64,000 nt of DNA, taken from the NCBI GenBank assembly GCA_903884105.1, contig CAISDJ010000027.1:604-64603 (forward strand), read 5' to 3'. A model generated the notes under the pieces. It made no database searches and was not told the DNA's origin. It saw nothing but the letters and a program-made list of their open reading frames with translations. Both the position numbers and the translations under genes were made by a program. Within the stretch, counting starts at the first letter, position 1. Every line of letters begins with the position of its first letter. The stretch is from an uncultured Pseudomonadota bacterium. GTDB taxonomy: Bacteria; Pseudomonadota; Gammaproteobacteria; Steroidobacterales; Steroidobacteraceae. This document shows, in pieces, positions 35,802-44,779 of the stretch.

Positions 35802-37205
35802 CTACAGGGAATCCAGGAACGCGAGCAACGCCGCACGATCCCTCTTCGACATCGACTTGTACGCGTCGCGTGCCGTAGCGCCTTCACCGCCATGCCACAG
35901 GATTGCTTCGCTGGCATCGCGCGCACGACCATCGTGCAGCAGCCGGGTGTGGCCGTTCACCAGATGCTGCAGTCCTAGGCCCCATAGCGGCGGCGTCCGC
36001 CATTCGCTGCCTGTTGCCTCTCCGTCCGGTCGATCGTCCGCGAGTTCCGGGCCCATGGCGTGCAGCAGCAGGTCGGTAAACGGATGGAACGTCTGGTTCG
36101 CGAGTTCCGGCAGCACGGTCTTCGCGTCGGTCTTGAGCTCCGGACGATGGCAGCCACTGCAGCCGGCTTCCACAAATCGCCTCGCTCCGGTCTTGACGGC
36201 CGGACTGTCGAGGTTGCGTCGGGCAGGGACCGCCAGCGTGCGCTGGTATTGCACGATCTTGTCAAAGATTGCGTCGCTGATTTCCGGGCTGCCGCCGGTG
36301 GGCGCCGCATTGCACGCGGTTTGTGCAGGCATGCAGCTCTGGTTCGGGCGCAGTGACGTCGCCATGCCCATTTCGCCGTTGAACGCTGCAGCGGTCTGAT
36401 GCGCGATGTCGGGCTGGTTGGCTTTCCAGCCAAACCGACCGAGCATCTTCTGCTGGGTGGTGAGGTTGACGACATGGTTGGCGCGCCCGGAGATTCCGTT
36501 GCCATCGCGATCCTCGGCATCCACCCACTCCAGGATCTGCGCTTCCGGTACCTGTTCCAGCAGGCCGGAACCGATTACGGCAGGAGCGACGCGCGGCGAG
36601 ATCTCGGTGCTCGGCGCAAAGGGACCATATCCCAGTTGCTCGAAGACATAGCTGGGTTCGAGCAGGGTATAGGCTTCTCCGTCCGCGAAGGCCCCGGTCA
36701 GTTCTCGATGATCGATGCGTACTGTTCCCTCGGCGGAGACTCCGTCAATCGCAAACGGATTCAGATTGCCACCATACGTTGGCTCCGGACCCGCAGGGTC
36801 GCCTGAGCCCGCCCCTGAAACGCTGAACTGGAAAACCAGCGAGACCGGACGTTCGCCTGGGAGCGGCGGCTGGCCGCGGCCATCGTTGTTGTGGCAGGCA
36901 TCGCACGAACGCGCGTTGAACAGCGGCCCGAGGCCATCACGCGCACTCGCGGAAGCCGGTGCGACTACCCACGGACTGTTGAAGAAGGCATTGCCCACGA
37001 AGAACGTGGCGCGATCCGCGCTCACGAGATTCGCCGCCGGTTGCGAAAAGGCCTGTCGTGAATTCTCGTGGACGGTCGTGTCACCGCCCGACTGCGGTTG
37101 CAGCAATGCAGTGACATCGGGACCGCGGCTGCAACCGCCGAGCAGGCTGGCTGTCAGCAGCAGCGCAAGTCCGTGCCGGAAGGGGGTTGTGAGCGGAGTG
37201 TTCAA
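35802..37205 (-). CDS. Di-haem oxidoreductase / putative peroxidase (DUF1111 family) lipoprotein
   Basis: Lipobox LLGGC. Two CXXCH motifs (CDACHN, CSGCHR). C-terminal LWHGGEG motif. Confidence 0.85.
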   Translation of the reverse strand: MNTPLTTPFRHGLALLLTASLLGGCSRGPDVTALLQPQSGGDTTVHENSRQAFSQPAANLVSADRATFFVGNAFFNSPWVVAPASASARDGLGPLFNARSCDACHNNDGRGQPPLPGERPVSLVFQFSVSGAGSGDPAGPEPTYGGNLNPFAIDGVSAEGTVRIDHRELTGAFADGEAYTLLEPSYVFEQLGYGPFAPSTEISPRVAPAVIGSGLLEQVPEAQILEWVDAEDRDGNGISGRANHVVNLTTQQKMLGRFGWKANQPDIAHQTAAAFNGEMGMATSLRPNQSCMPAQTACNAAPTGGSPEISDAIFDKIVQYQRTLAVPARRNLDSPAVKTGARRFVEAGCSGCHRPELKTDAKTVLPELANQTFHPFTDLLLHAMGPELADDRPDGEATGSEWRTPPLWGLGLQHLVNGHTRLLHDGRARDASEAILWHGGEGATARDAYKSMSKRDRAALLAFLDSL

Positions 37206-38425
37206 TCGCCACTTCCCAGGATCGGGGACATGAAGATGCCGAGTGCCGTGGCGGCTCGGCCCAGGCTGAGCGCCAGCGAGCGCAATGCATCCGCACCGGC
37301 CTGTACCCGAGCATGGCCTTCTGCGTTGTCCTCACGGACCTCACGATCGAACGGATTGCGGATCGCGCCGATCTGGGTGGCAGTGTTCTCCAGTCGGGCT
37401 TTCATTTCCTCGGCCACCATCGCATCGGCCTTGGCGACGTAGTCGGCGAGGCTCGGGCCGCTGACTACACTCCCGTCCAGGCGCTGGTACCGGCCGTGAT
37501 ACACCGACGCAATGCCCGTGACGTTGGCCTTGAGGTCGTTGCTCGTGAAATCGCTGAAGCAGGACTGTTCCTCTTCCTGGTCGCCGGACAGGAGCGGTAC
37601 GGCAAGGCGTTCTCCGGCCATCTCGACTTCGCTGAGGCCTACCATGCCGGTCAACATACGCTTGAGGCCGGTGTAGACATCGCCGGTCACGAAGTCCCGG
37701 CGATAACTCGGCATCGCGGGGTCGGTGACGATGGTCCACGCCGTCACGAGCGATTGCACATCGCTGATCAGCAGGGTTGTTGCAGCTTTCAGGTATTGGC
37801 CGCGGCGCGCCGCGACGTCCGTCGATGGGTCGCCCTTGACGACGAAATCGGTATAGGGTCGCTGGCCGCTCGCTTCAGGTGTCTGGTTGAAGTCCTGTCC
37901 CCACAGCAGAAACTCGATTGCGTGGTAGCCGCTCGCGATGTTCTTTTCACCACCGGTTTCGTTCTGGTCGCTGATCAGCTGGGGGGTGATGGACGGAAAG
38001 GCCGCCGGGTTGCCGATGATGTTGAGCCCGGGGGCGGCGTTGTAGCTCGGTCCGACTGCATCGATGTGGTTCTCGTCCAGCGGCCAGCCATTCAGCTGTC
38101 CCTCGGGACCGCCTTCCCCGTCGATGGGTCCGCCGTAGAAACGGAACGCCTCCGACTGGTCATACGCAATCCGGGCTGCGCGCCACTTGTCTCGCGCGTC
38201 GGCCAGGGTCTGTTCCGACGGCATGCCTATCAGGGCGTCAACGCTGGCATCGAGTGCCCGCGCCGCCTGCAGCGTGTCTTCGTAGGTCGCCAGCACGATG
38301 TCGGCATAGGTATTGAGAACGGGGCGGCGTGGATCGTCCGCCGGCGCGCGGGTGCATGCCGCCAGCAGGCCGGTAGCCAGCAGGGCGCTGAGACCAAGCA
38401 TTCTCTTAAAATGCATCATATTCAT
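37202..38425 (-). CDS. Imelysin-family (IrpA-like) periplasmic lipoprotein
   Basis: Lipobox LLAAC after MNMMHFKRMLGLSALLATG. The imelysin family is the best fit I recognise, and it overlaps the downstream di-haem gene. Confidence 0.78.
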   Translation of the reverse strand: MNMMHFKRMLGLSALLATGLLAACTRAPADDPRRPVLNTYADIVLATYEDTLQAARALDASVDALIGMPSEQTLADARDKWRAARIAYDQSEAFRFYGGPIDGEGGPEGQLNGWPLDENHIDAVGPSYNAAPGLNIIGNPAAFPSITPQLISDQNETGGEKNIASGYHAIEFLLWGQDFNQTPEASGQRPYTDFVVKGDPSTDVAARRGQYLKAATTLLISDVQSLVTAWTIVTDPAMPSYRRDFVTGDVYTGLKRMLTGMVGLSEVEMAGERLAVPLLSGDQEEEQSCFSDFTSNDLKANVTGIASVYHGRYQRLDGSVVSGPSLADYVAKADAMVAEEMKARLENTATQIGAIRNPFDREVREDNAEGHARVQAGADALRSLALSLGRAATALGIFMSPILGSGD

Positions 38426-38503
38426 TGGGTTATCGGTCTGATCCTGAAGCTTCCCGGGACCGGGCGCCAAGTCGGCAACCTCCCGATGAAGGCCATATTA
38501 GTG

Positions 38504-38522
38504 GCTAATGAGAATGAATCGC
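38504..38522. promoter_or_regulatory. Candidate Fur box upstream of the imelysin operon
   Basis: GCTAATGAGAATGAATCGC matches 13 of 19 positions of GATAATGATAATCATTATC by hand alignment. It lies about 80-100 nt upstream of the ATG at 38425 on the minus strand. Confidence 0.35.
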
Positions 38523-38648
38523 AATTGCCTAGACTACGTACGCCCGTAAGGAGGGTCTGGGGGCCGTCTGCCGCCAGCCGGTACCGGCGCCACTTCCCGT
38601 CAACGTTGTGTGATCATGCCGGCGTTTTTTGCACCTTCAAGAAGACCC

Positions 38649-40436
38649 ATGGCTGAATCCGCCGCCGACCGCCCGAAGTCCAGATCGCCCAAGCCGCTGC
38701 GTGCGCTGCTGCCGTTTCTCAGGCCCTACCGAGGCACGCTCATCCTCGCGCTGGTCGCACTCGTCGTTGCGGCGGTGGCGCTGCTGGCGCTCCCGCTGGC
38801 CCTGCGCAACCTGATTGACCTGGGGCTGGCGGCCAGTAGCGCGAGCACGATCAACAGCTACTTCGTGTGGTTCCTCGTCGCGGCCTTCATCTTCGGCATC
38901 TTCGCCGCGCTCCGGTTCTACTTCGTCACGTGGCTGGGCGAGCGCGTCGTCGCCGACTTGCGCGCCGCCGTGTATGACCGCGTCGTGCGTCTCGATCCGC
39001 TGTTTTTTGAAGTCACGCGTACGGGCGAAGTGCTCTCCCGGCTCACGACGGACACGACGCTGGTGCAGACCATCGCAGGCGTCGGATTGTCCATCACCTT
39101 GCGGTCCTTCGTCAGCCTGATCGGCGGTCTCGTCATGCTGGGCCTGACGAGTGCGCGGCTGATGGGCTACATCCTCATCATGATTCCCGTGGTCGTAGTC
39201 CCTCTGATCCTGATCGGCCGGCAGGTCCGCCAACTCTCGCGCGCGGCGCAGGACCGCATTGCCGATTCCAGCGGGCTCGCCGGCGAAACCTTGAACGCCA
39301 TCCAGACGGTGCAGGCCTTCACGCTCGAGAAGCTGCAGAGCAAGCGCTTCGCGGATGCCGTCGAAGACAGCTTCGTCACCGCCGTACACCGCACGCGCAT
39401 CCGCGCCGTGCTCACGGCGGTCGGCGTCATGATGGTCTTCGGTGCCATTACGTTTGTCTTGTGGCTTGGCGCGCATGCCGTGCTTGCCGGTGAGATGACG
39501 CCCGGACAGCTGGGTCAGTTCCTGCTCTACGCGATGTTCGTGGCCACGGCAGCCGCCGCGCTCACGGAGGTGTGGGGCGACGTCCAGCGCGCGGCCGGTG
39601 CGATGGATCGGCTGGTCGAGCTGATGAACGCGCAGCCTGCGATTCGTGCGCCGGCGGAGCCGCTTGAATTGCCGGCGCGCGGTGCAGACGGCATTCGTTT
39701 CGAAGATGTGTCGTTCCGTTACCCTTCGCGTCCGGACACGCTCGCCCTGAAGAATTACACGCTCGACATTCCGGCGGGCGAAACCATTGCGTTTGTCGGT
39801 CCTTCCGGCGCGGGCAAGAGCACGACCTTCCAGTTGCTGCTGCGCTTCTATGATCCTGTTTCGGGGCGCATCTGCATCGACGGCATCGATATCGCAAAGG
39901 CCGACCCGCAAGCGGTCCGGGCGCGTATCGGCCTCGTGTCGCAGGAAACCACGCTGTTCGGAACTTCGGCGCGCGAGAACATTCGCTACGGCAGGCCTGG
40001 TGCAACCGATGCCGATATCGAGGCAGCGGCACGCGCGTCGGCGGCAGACGAATTCATCCGCCAGTTGCCCCAGGGGTACGACACCTTCCTTGGTGAAAAG
40101 GGCACGCGCCTGTCTGGCGGCCAGCGGCAGCGGATTGCCATTGCGCGCGCAATCCTGAAAGATCCGCCCATCTTGCTGCTCGACGAGGCGACGAGTTCGC
40201 TCGACGCTGAAAGCGAGCGCCTGGTCCAGGAGGCGCTTGAGCATCTGATGCGCAATCGTACGACGCTGATCATCGCCCATCGCCTGGCCACCGTGCTGAA
40301 GGCCGATCGCATCGTGGTCATGGATCAGGGTCGCATCGTCAATATTGGCACGCACAGCGAGCTCGTCGAGCGCGACCCGATGTACGCGCGGTTCGCGGAA
40401 CTCCAGTTCGGAAACGGTGGAGTGATGCCGGAATGA
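38649..40436 (+). CDS. ABCB-type exporter, fused TMD-NBD (MsbA/NdvA-like)
   Basis: Six TM helices followed by GPSGAGKST, LSGGQRQRIAIARAIL and ILLLDEATSSLD. Confidence 0.9.
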   Translation: MAESAADRPKSRSPKPLRALLPFLRPYRGTLILALVALVVAAVALLALPLALRNLIDLGLAASSASTINSYFVWFLVAAFIFGIFAALRFYFVTWLGERVVADLRAAVYDRVVRLDPLFFEVTRTGEVLSRLTTDTTLVQTIAGVGLSITLRSFVSLIGGLVMLGLTSARLMGYILIMIPVVVVPLILIGRQVRQLSRAAQDRIADSSGLAGETLNAIQTVQAFTLEKLQSKRFADAVEDSFVTAVHRTRIRAVLTAVGVMMVFGAITFVLWLGAHAVLAGEMTPGQLGQFLLYAMFVATAAAALTEVWGDVQRAAGAMDRLVELMNAQPAIRAPAEPLELPARGADGIRFEDVSFRYPSRPDTLALKNYTLDIPAGETIAFVGPSGAGKSTTFQLLLRFYDPVSGRICIDGIDIAKADPQAVRARIGLVSQETTLFGTSARENIRYGRPGATDADIEAAARASAADEFIRQLPQGYDTFLGEKGTRLSGGQRQRIAIARAILKDPPILLLDEATSSLDAESERLVQEALEHLMRNRTTLIIAHRLATVLKADRIVVMDQGRIVNIGTHSELVERDPMYARFAELQFGNGGVMPE

Positions 40437-42004
40437 TTGCAGGGTTGGCGACCCGACAGCGATGGGTGGCAGCAGCGCTCGGGCTGGCCGCAGTGCTGGC
40501 CACGGGCTGGTGGGCCTGGCAGGGCAGGGAGGTCCGGCTCGTTGCGGCGCCGGGTGGGCGGGTCCAGTGCGTGTCCTACGCGCCCTCCAGCGGTCGTGAC
40601 GAAACCCTTGTGAATGTCGGCGTCGTTGTTTCGCCCGAGCGCATCGAGCGGGACCTTACGCTGCTCGCCGAGCGGTTTGACTGTGTGCGCACGTACTCAC
40701 AGAGCAATGGACTCGATGAAGTGCCGCGTATTGCCCGCGGCCTCGGTCTCAAGGTGCTGATGGGGGTGTGGATCAGTCGCGACCCCGCGGTGAATGAGCG
40801 TGAGATCGAGTCCGCCACGCGGATCTCCGAGCGTGACCGCGACGTCATCCGCGGCATCGTTGTCGGCAACGAGGTGATGTTGCGCGGTGAAGCCACGCCG
40901 GAGGTACTGGCCGGCTATATCCGCAGGGTGCGCACCGCCACCGGATTGCCCGTTACATACGCTGATGTGTGGGAGTTCTGGCGCAGGTACCGCGCGGCGC
41001 TGGTAGAGGAAGTCGACTTCATTACCATCCACATCCTGCCCTACTGGGAAGACAGGCCGGTGCCCGTGGAGTCGGCCGTCGCCCACGTTCGCGATATCTA
41101 CGCATTGATGCAGAAGGAGTTCCCGGGCCGCACGCTGCTGATCGGCGAAACCGGCTGGCCGAGCGCAGGGCGCCAGCGGCAGGGTGCCATACCCAGTCGC
41201 GTCAACCAGGCGCGTTTCATCCGTGAGTTTCTTGCGTTCACGAGCGAGGCGCAGGTGCCGTACAGCGTGATCGAAGCCTTTGACCAGCCGTGGAAGCGGC
41301 GCCAGGAAGGGGCAGTTGGCGGCTACTGGGGGCTGTACACCAACGAACGCGAGGTCAAGTTTTCGCTGGTCGATGCCGTGGTGGAAGAGCCTCGCTGGCC
41401 GTGGGCACTTGGAATGGGCCTGCTGGTGTCGGTCGGGTTCCTGCTCTCGACGGTACTCAGCGGCGTCAAGCTGCGACTGCTAGCCGCAACGATCGTGGGT
41501 CTTGGTGGCTATGTGACCGGGTGCGTGCTGGCCTCGGAGGCCAAGACGGCCTGGGCCGCAAGCCGGAACCGGACGGAGTTCGTCATTGCCATAGTATGGT
41601 CGGTGCTCGCGCTCGCCACTGCGTGGTTGTTTGTGCGGAATCTCGCGGCGTCGGCCGACAGGAATCGCGAGCCGCTGCGCGGGTGGCGCGTGCTGCGGTT
41701 CATCTGGCTGTTCAGTGCGACCGTCGTGGCGCTTTTGCTGGCAATGGATTCGCGCTATCGCGATTTTCCCATCGCGCTCTTTCTGGCGCCGGTCGGGTCG
41801 ATGGTGCTCGCCTTGCTTGCCACACGCGAGCGCCTCGGGCTGGGTCTTGAAGAGCGGATCATGGCGGCGTGGCTGCTCGTCGCGGCCGGCATCATCGCCG
41901 TGCAGGAAGGCTTCCTGAATGGCAGCGCGCTTGTATGGTGCGCGCTGCTCGCCGTGTTTTCCCTAAGCGTGCTGCTGCCGCGAAGAGGGGCGGGCACGGC
42001 CTGA
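40433..42004 (+). CDS. Membrane-bound glycoside hydrolase family 17-like beta-glucan glucanase/transferase (NdvC-like)
   Basis: ATGA overlap with the exporter. GH17-type TIM barrel (GIVVGNEVMLRGE with catalytic Glu; LLIGETGWPSAG with nucleophile Glu), followed by a C-terminal region with about 6 TM helices. Confidence 0.72.
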   Translation: MIAGLATRQRWVAAALGLAAVLATGWWAWQGREVRLVAAPGGRVQCVSYAPSSGRDETLVNVGVVVSPERIERDLTLLAERFDCVRTYSQSNGLDEVPRIARGLGLKVLMGVWISRDPAVNEREIESATRISERDRDVIRGIVVGNEVMLRGEATPEVLAGYIRRVRTATGLPVTYADVWEFWRRYRAALVEEVDFITIHILPYWEDRPVPVESAVAHVRDIYALMQKEFPGRTLLIGETGWPSAGRQRQGAIPSRVNQARFIREFLAFTSEAQVPYSVIEAFDQPWKRRQEGAVGGYWGLYTNEREVKFSLVDAVVEEPRWPWALGMGLLVSVGFLLSTVLSGVKLRLLAATIVGLGGYVTGCVLASEAKTAWAASRNRTEFVIAIVWSVLALATAWLFVRNLAASADRNREPLRGWRVLRFIWLFSATVVALLLAMDSRYRDFPIALFLAPVGSMVLALLATRERLGLGLEERIMAAWLLVAAGIIAVQEGFLNGSALVWCALLAVFSLSVLLPRRGAGTA

Positions 42005-42343
42005 CTGCGCACGAGCCAGCACAAGGACACCCGTGACGAAGCTCACCGCCGCGGGGTCGTAGCAGTACAGTACAAGTCCGGCGGCGCCGATGATTGCCGC
42101 AGCCAGCGCGATCACGCGGCTCCACGTGAAGACGGTCAAGACCGTCAACGCCATCGCTGCATAACCGAGTCCGAACGTCGCGAAGCTGCGGATCACGAGC
42201 AGGCGCACCGTGCACCAGCCGAAGCCCGTAACGACATCACAGCTGTGCGCGAACTCCGCAGGCTGTACGAGCAGGTAGCGCGCCCCCGCTGCGAGGGCAA
42301 AAGCCGCCGCAACGAGGCTCCACTCAAGGACTGCGCGCTTCAC
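41963..42343 (-). CDS. Small hypothetical membrane protein (4 TM helices)
   Basis: A hydrophobic 126-aa ORF whose tail is convergent with and overlaps the GH17 gene. Confidence 0.4.
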   Translation of the reverse strand: MKRAVLEWSLVAAAFALAAGARYLLVQPAEFAHSCDVVTGFGWCTVRLLVIRSFATFGLGYAAMALTVLTVFTWSRVIALAAAIIGAAGLVLYCYDPAAVSFVTGVLVLARAQSGRARPSSRQQHA

Positions 42344-42351
42344 GGTTGCTG

Positions 42352-42861
42352 TTACTGCGGATTGCCGATGTAGTCCCGCTTGCCGATATCGACGCCGAGA
42401 TGACGCAGGATGGCGTACGCCGTCACGGCATGGAAGTAGAGATTGGGCAGCGCGAAACCCGTCAGGTACGACAGGCCCGTGAACGTCACCGCGCTCGGGC
42501 CCAGCTTGAGTTCGACTTTTCGATCGTCCGAGCCGTCGATCTGCGCGGGCGTGATGCTGGCCACGAAGGCAAGTGTCTTGTCGAGGCGCGCTACGAGTTC
42601 TGCGAAGGTCGCTTCCGTATCCGCGTAGGCAGGAATCTCGACCCCGGCAAGGCGCGCAACGATGCCCTTCGCATTGTCGGAGACAATCTGTACCTGCTTG
42701 GTCAGGGGCAGCATGTCAGGCGTAAGGCGGCCATTCAGGAACACGCTCGCGTCGATCTTTTTCTCCTGGGCGTGCGCCTCGGCCTTGGTCAGGATGGCGC
42801 GCAGGTTGGTCACCGCGCGGGTGACGACGGGAACGGAGGCCTGGTACATCGAAATGGTCAT
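42352..42861 (-). CDS. DUF1993 domain protein
   Basis: MTISMYQASVPVVTRAVTNLRAILTKAEAHAQEKKID...QIVSDNAKG matches my recollection of DUF1993. The start at 42861 overlaps the marR stop (ATGA). Confidence 0.68.
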   Translation of the reverse strand: MTISMYQASVPVVTRAVTNLRAILTKAEAHAQEKKIDASVFLNGRLTPDMLPLTKQVQIVSDNAKGIVARLAGVEIPAYADTEATFAELVARLDKTLAFVASITPAQIDGSDDRKVELKLGPSAVTFTGLSYLTGFALPNLYFHAVTAYAILRHLGVDIGKRDYIGNPQ

Positions 42862-43469
42862 GGTCGTTTTCCTTTTGGTGCTGGATCTTGTCTGTTGCGG
42901 CCCGTCACCCCGCGCGACGGCCGCGAAATAGGGGTCGGCGGGACTGGCGGGCTGCACGTATCAACGGTTGCCTTGTTGTGCTCGAGGCCTTCGATGCAGC
43001 GCTTGAGCAGTCTGCGCAGCTCGGCGACTTCATCTGGCCCAATCGGGGCCAGCATATTGTCCCAGACCGGATCGGCCGCTGCTCGTGCCTTCAGCATCTG
43101 GGTGCGCCCCGCATCCGTAATGTACCAGCAGTCGACCCGCCGGTTGTCCGGGCGGGGCTTGCGCTCAAGGCTGCCTTCGCTTTCGAGGCGGCGCAGGATG
43201 GTATTGATGGTCTGGGCGGTGACCATGGTGGCCTTGGCGATCCGCGCTCCCGAGATGCCGGGGTGGTGATTGATCACGAACAGGGTGGTGATGTGCGCGA
43301 AAGACAGCCCCACCTGGGCGACGCGCAAGCGCTCGTCGATGGCTTGGCGGATGGAGTGCTGCAGCCGTTTGAGCAGGTACCCGAGGTGCTCTTCCTTCCC
43401 GTCCGGTGCCTGGCCCCGGGACGGTGCACTGTCTCCGTGGAGGGCGGTGGGGGCGGCGGCGCGTTTCAT
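42858..43469 (-). CDS. MarR-family transcriptional regulator
   Basis: Winged-helix region GISGARIAKATMVTAQTINTILRRLESEGSLERKPRPDNRRV. It carries an unusual Pro-rich C-terminal tail of about 40 aa. Confidence 0.8.
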   Translation of the reverse strand: MKRAAAPTALHGDSAPSRGQAPDGKEEHLGYLLKRLQHSIRQAIDERLRVAQVGLSFAHITTLFVINHHPGISGARIAKATMVTAQTINTILRRLESEGSLERKPRPDNRRVDCWYITDAGRTQMLKARAAADPVWDNMLAPIGPDEVAELRRLLKRCIEGLEHNKATVDTCSPPVPPTPISRPSRGVTGRNRQDPAPKGKRP

Positions 43470-43481
43470 GGGGTTGAGTTA

Positions 43482-43497
43482 TATCAGGTACCTGATA
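43482..43497. promoter_or_regulatory. Perfect 16-bp palindrome TATCAGGTACCTGATA (candidate MarR operator)
   Basis: Read directly from the sequence. It lies 12 nt upstream of the marR start (43469, minus strand), in the divergent region shared with the RND operon. A further CTGATA half-site follows at about 43511. Confidence 0.45.
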
Positions 43498-43658
43498 CGA
43501 TGTCAGCAAGCTGATATCGCGAAGTCCGCGCCTCGCCAGTGGCGGACCGGCTGACAAATCTTGTGAATTCTTGAAATTGGCCGTTGCCGGTTTGCCTTAC
43601 CTTGATGCCATCCGCTGGCGGGCCGGTTGCCTGCTTCCGTCTGTCTCGTCCTAGCACC

Positions 43659-44765
43659 ATGACCAACCGCCTGTTCCCTTCGACGTCGCGCCCGTGCGGG
43701 GCTGCACACCTGCTGTCTGCCGCCCTTCTCGTCATCGGCGCAGCGACGACGGCCCACGCTGCGGAGCCGAAGCCCGCACCCGTCGCGCTGGCGGTCAATG
43801 CCGCCGTGGTCAAGACGGAGCGGGTGGCCAGGACCTTGCCGGTCACCGGCTCCATCCAGGCGTGGCAGGAAATCATCATCGGGCCCGAGGTCGGCGGGTA
43901 TCGCGTCGACTCGGTGCTGGTGGAAGTCGGCGATCGCGTGAAGCGGGACCAGGAACTGGTGCGCCTCTCCAGCAGCATGCTCGAGGCCGAAGCCGCTGCC
44001 AGGCGGGCTGCCGTCAAGCAGGCCGAGGCACAGCAGGCCAACGCGGATGCCGCGTTGCGCCGCGCAGAGATGCTGGCGAGCACCAACGTGTTCTCGCAGG
44101 CCGATCTCGACCGGCTGCGCAGCGAACAGCTGACTGCACAGGGCCGGGTCGAGGCCACGCGCGCGGACCTGAACCTCGCCGAGCTGCGGGTTCGTTACAC
44201 GAGGGTGAAGGCGCCGTATGACGGCGTGATCACCGCTCGCACGGTGAACGTCGGGCAGATCGCGCAAAGCGGCGGCGAAATGCTGCGGCTCCTGCGCGAC
44301 GGACGCGTCGAGTGGCGAGGCGAGGTACCGGAAGCGCGGCTCAAGGAACTGAAGGCGGGCCAGGTCGCAAAGCTGACCACGGCCGACGGCACGGAACTGA
44401 CCGGCAAGGTCCGCGTCGTGGCGCCCACCGTGTCCAGCAGCAACAGGATGGGCCTGGTCTATGTCGACATCGTGCCCGGCAGTCCGGCGCGGCCCGGCAT
44501 GTTTGCGCGCGGTATGGTCGAGACCAGCGTGGCCGATGCCAACCTGGTGCCGCTGTCCAGCCTGGTTTCCCAGGACGGCTACAACTATGTGTTCGTGCTG
44601 CAGGCCGGCGACAAGGTCGAACGCCGCCGCGTCGCGACAGGCAGCATCCACGGCGATGCCATCGAGATCACCGAGGGCCTGAAGGCCGGCGAGCGCGTGG
44701 TGGCCAAGGGCGCCGCCTTCCTCAAGAACGGCGACCAGGTCAAGGTCGTCGCCGCCGGCGCCTGA
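43659..44765 (+). CDS. RND efflux periplasmic adaptor (membrane fusion protein)
   Basis: Signal ...LLSAALLVIGAATTAHA, coiled-coil hairpin, and the motif RVRYTRVKAPYDGVITAR. Confidence 0.85.
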   Translation: MTNRLFPSTSRPCGAAHLLSAALLVIGAATTAHAAEPKPAPVALAVNAAVVKTERVARTLPVTGSIQAWQEIIIGPEVGGYRVDSVLVEVGDRVKRDQELVRLSSSMLEAEAAARRAAVKQAEAQQANADAALRRAEMLASTNVFSQADLDRLRSEQLTAQGRVEATRADLNLAELRVRYTRVKAPYDGVITARTVNVGQIAQSGGEMLRLLRDGRVEWRGEVPEARLKELKAGQVAKLTTADGTELTGKVRVVAPTVSSSNRMGLVYVDIVPGSPARPGMFARGMVETSVADANLVPLSSLVSQDGYNYVFVLQAGDKVERRRVATGSIHGDAIEITEGLKAGERVVAKGAAFLKNGDQVKVVAAGA

Positions 44766-44779
44766 ACGGAAGCAGCAGC

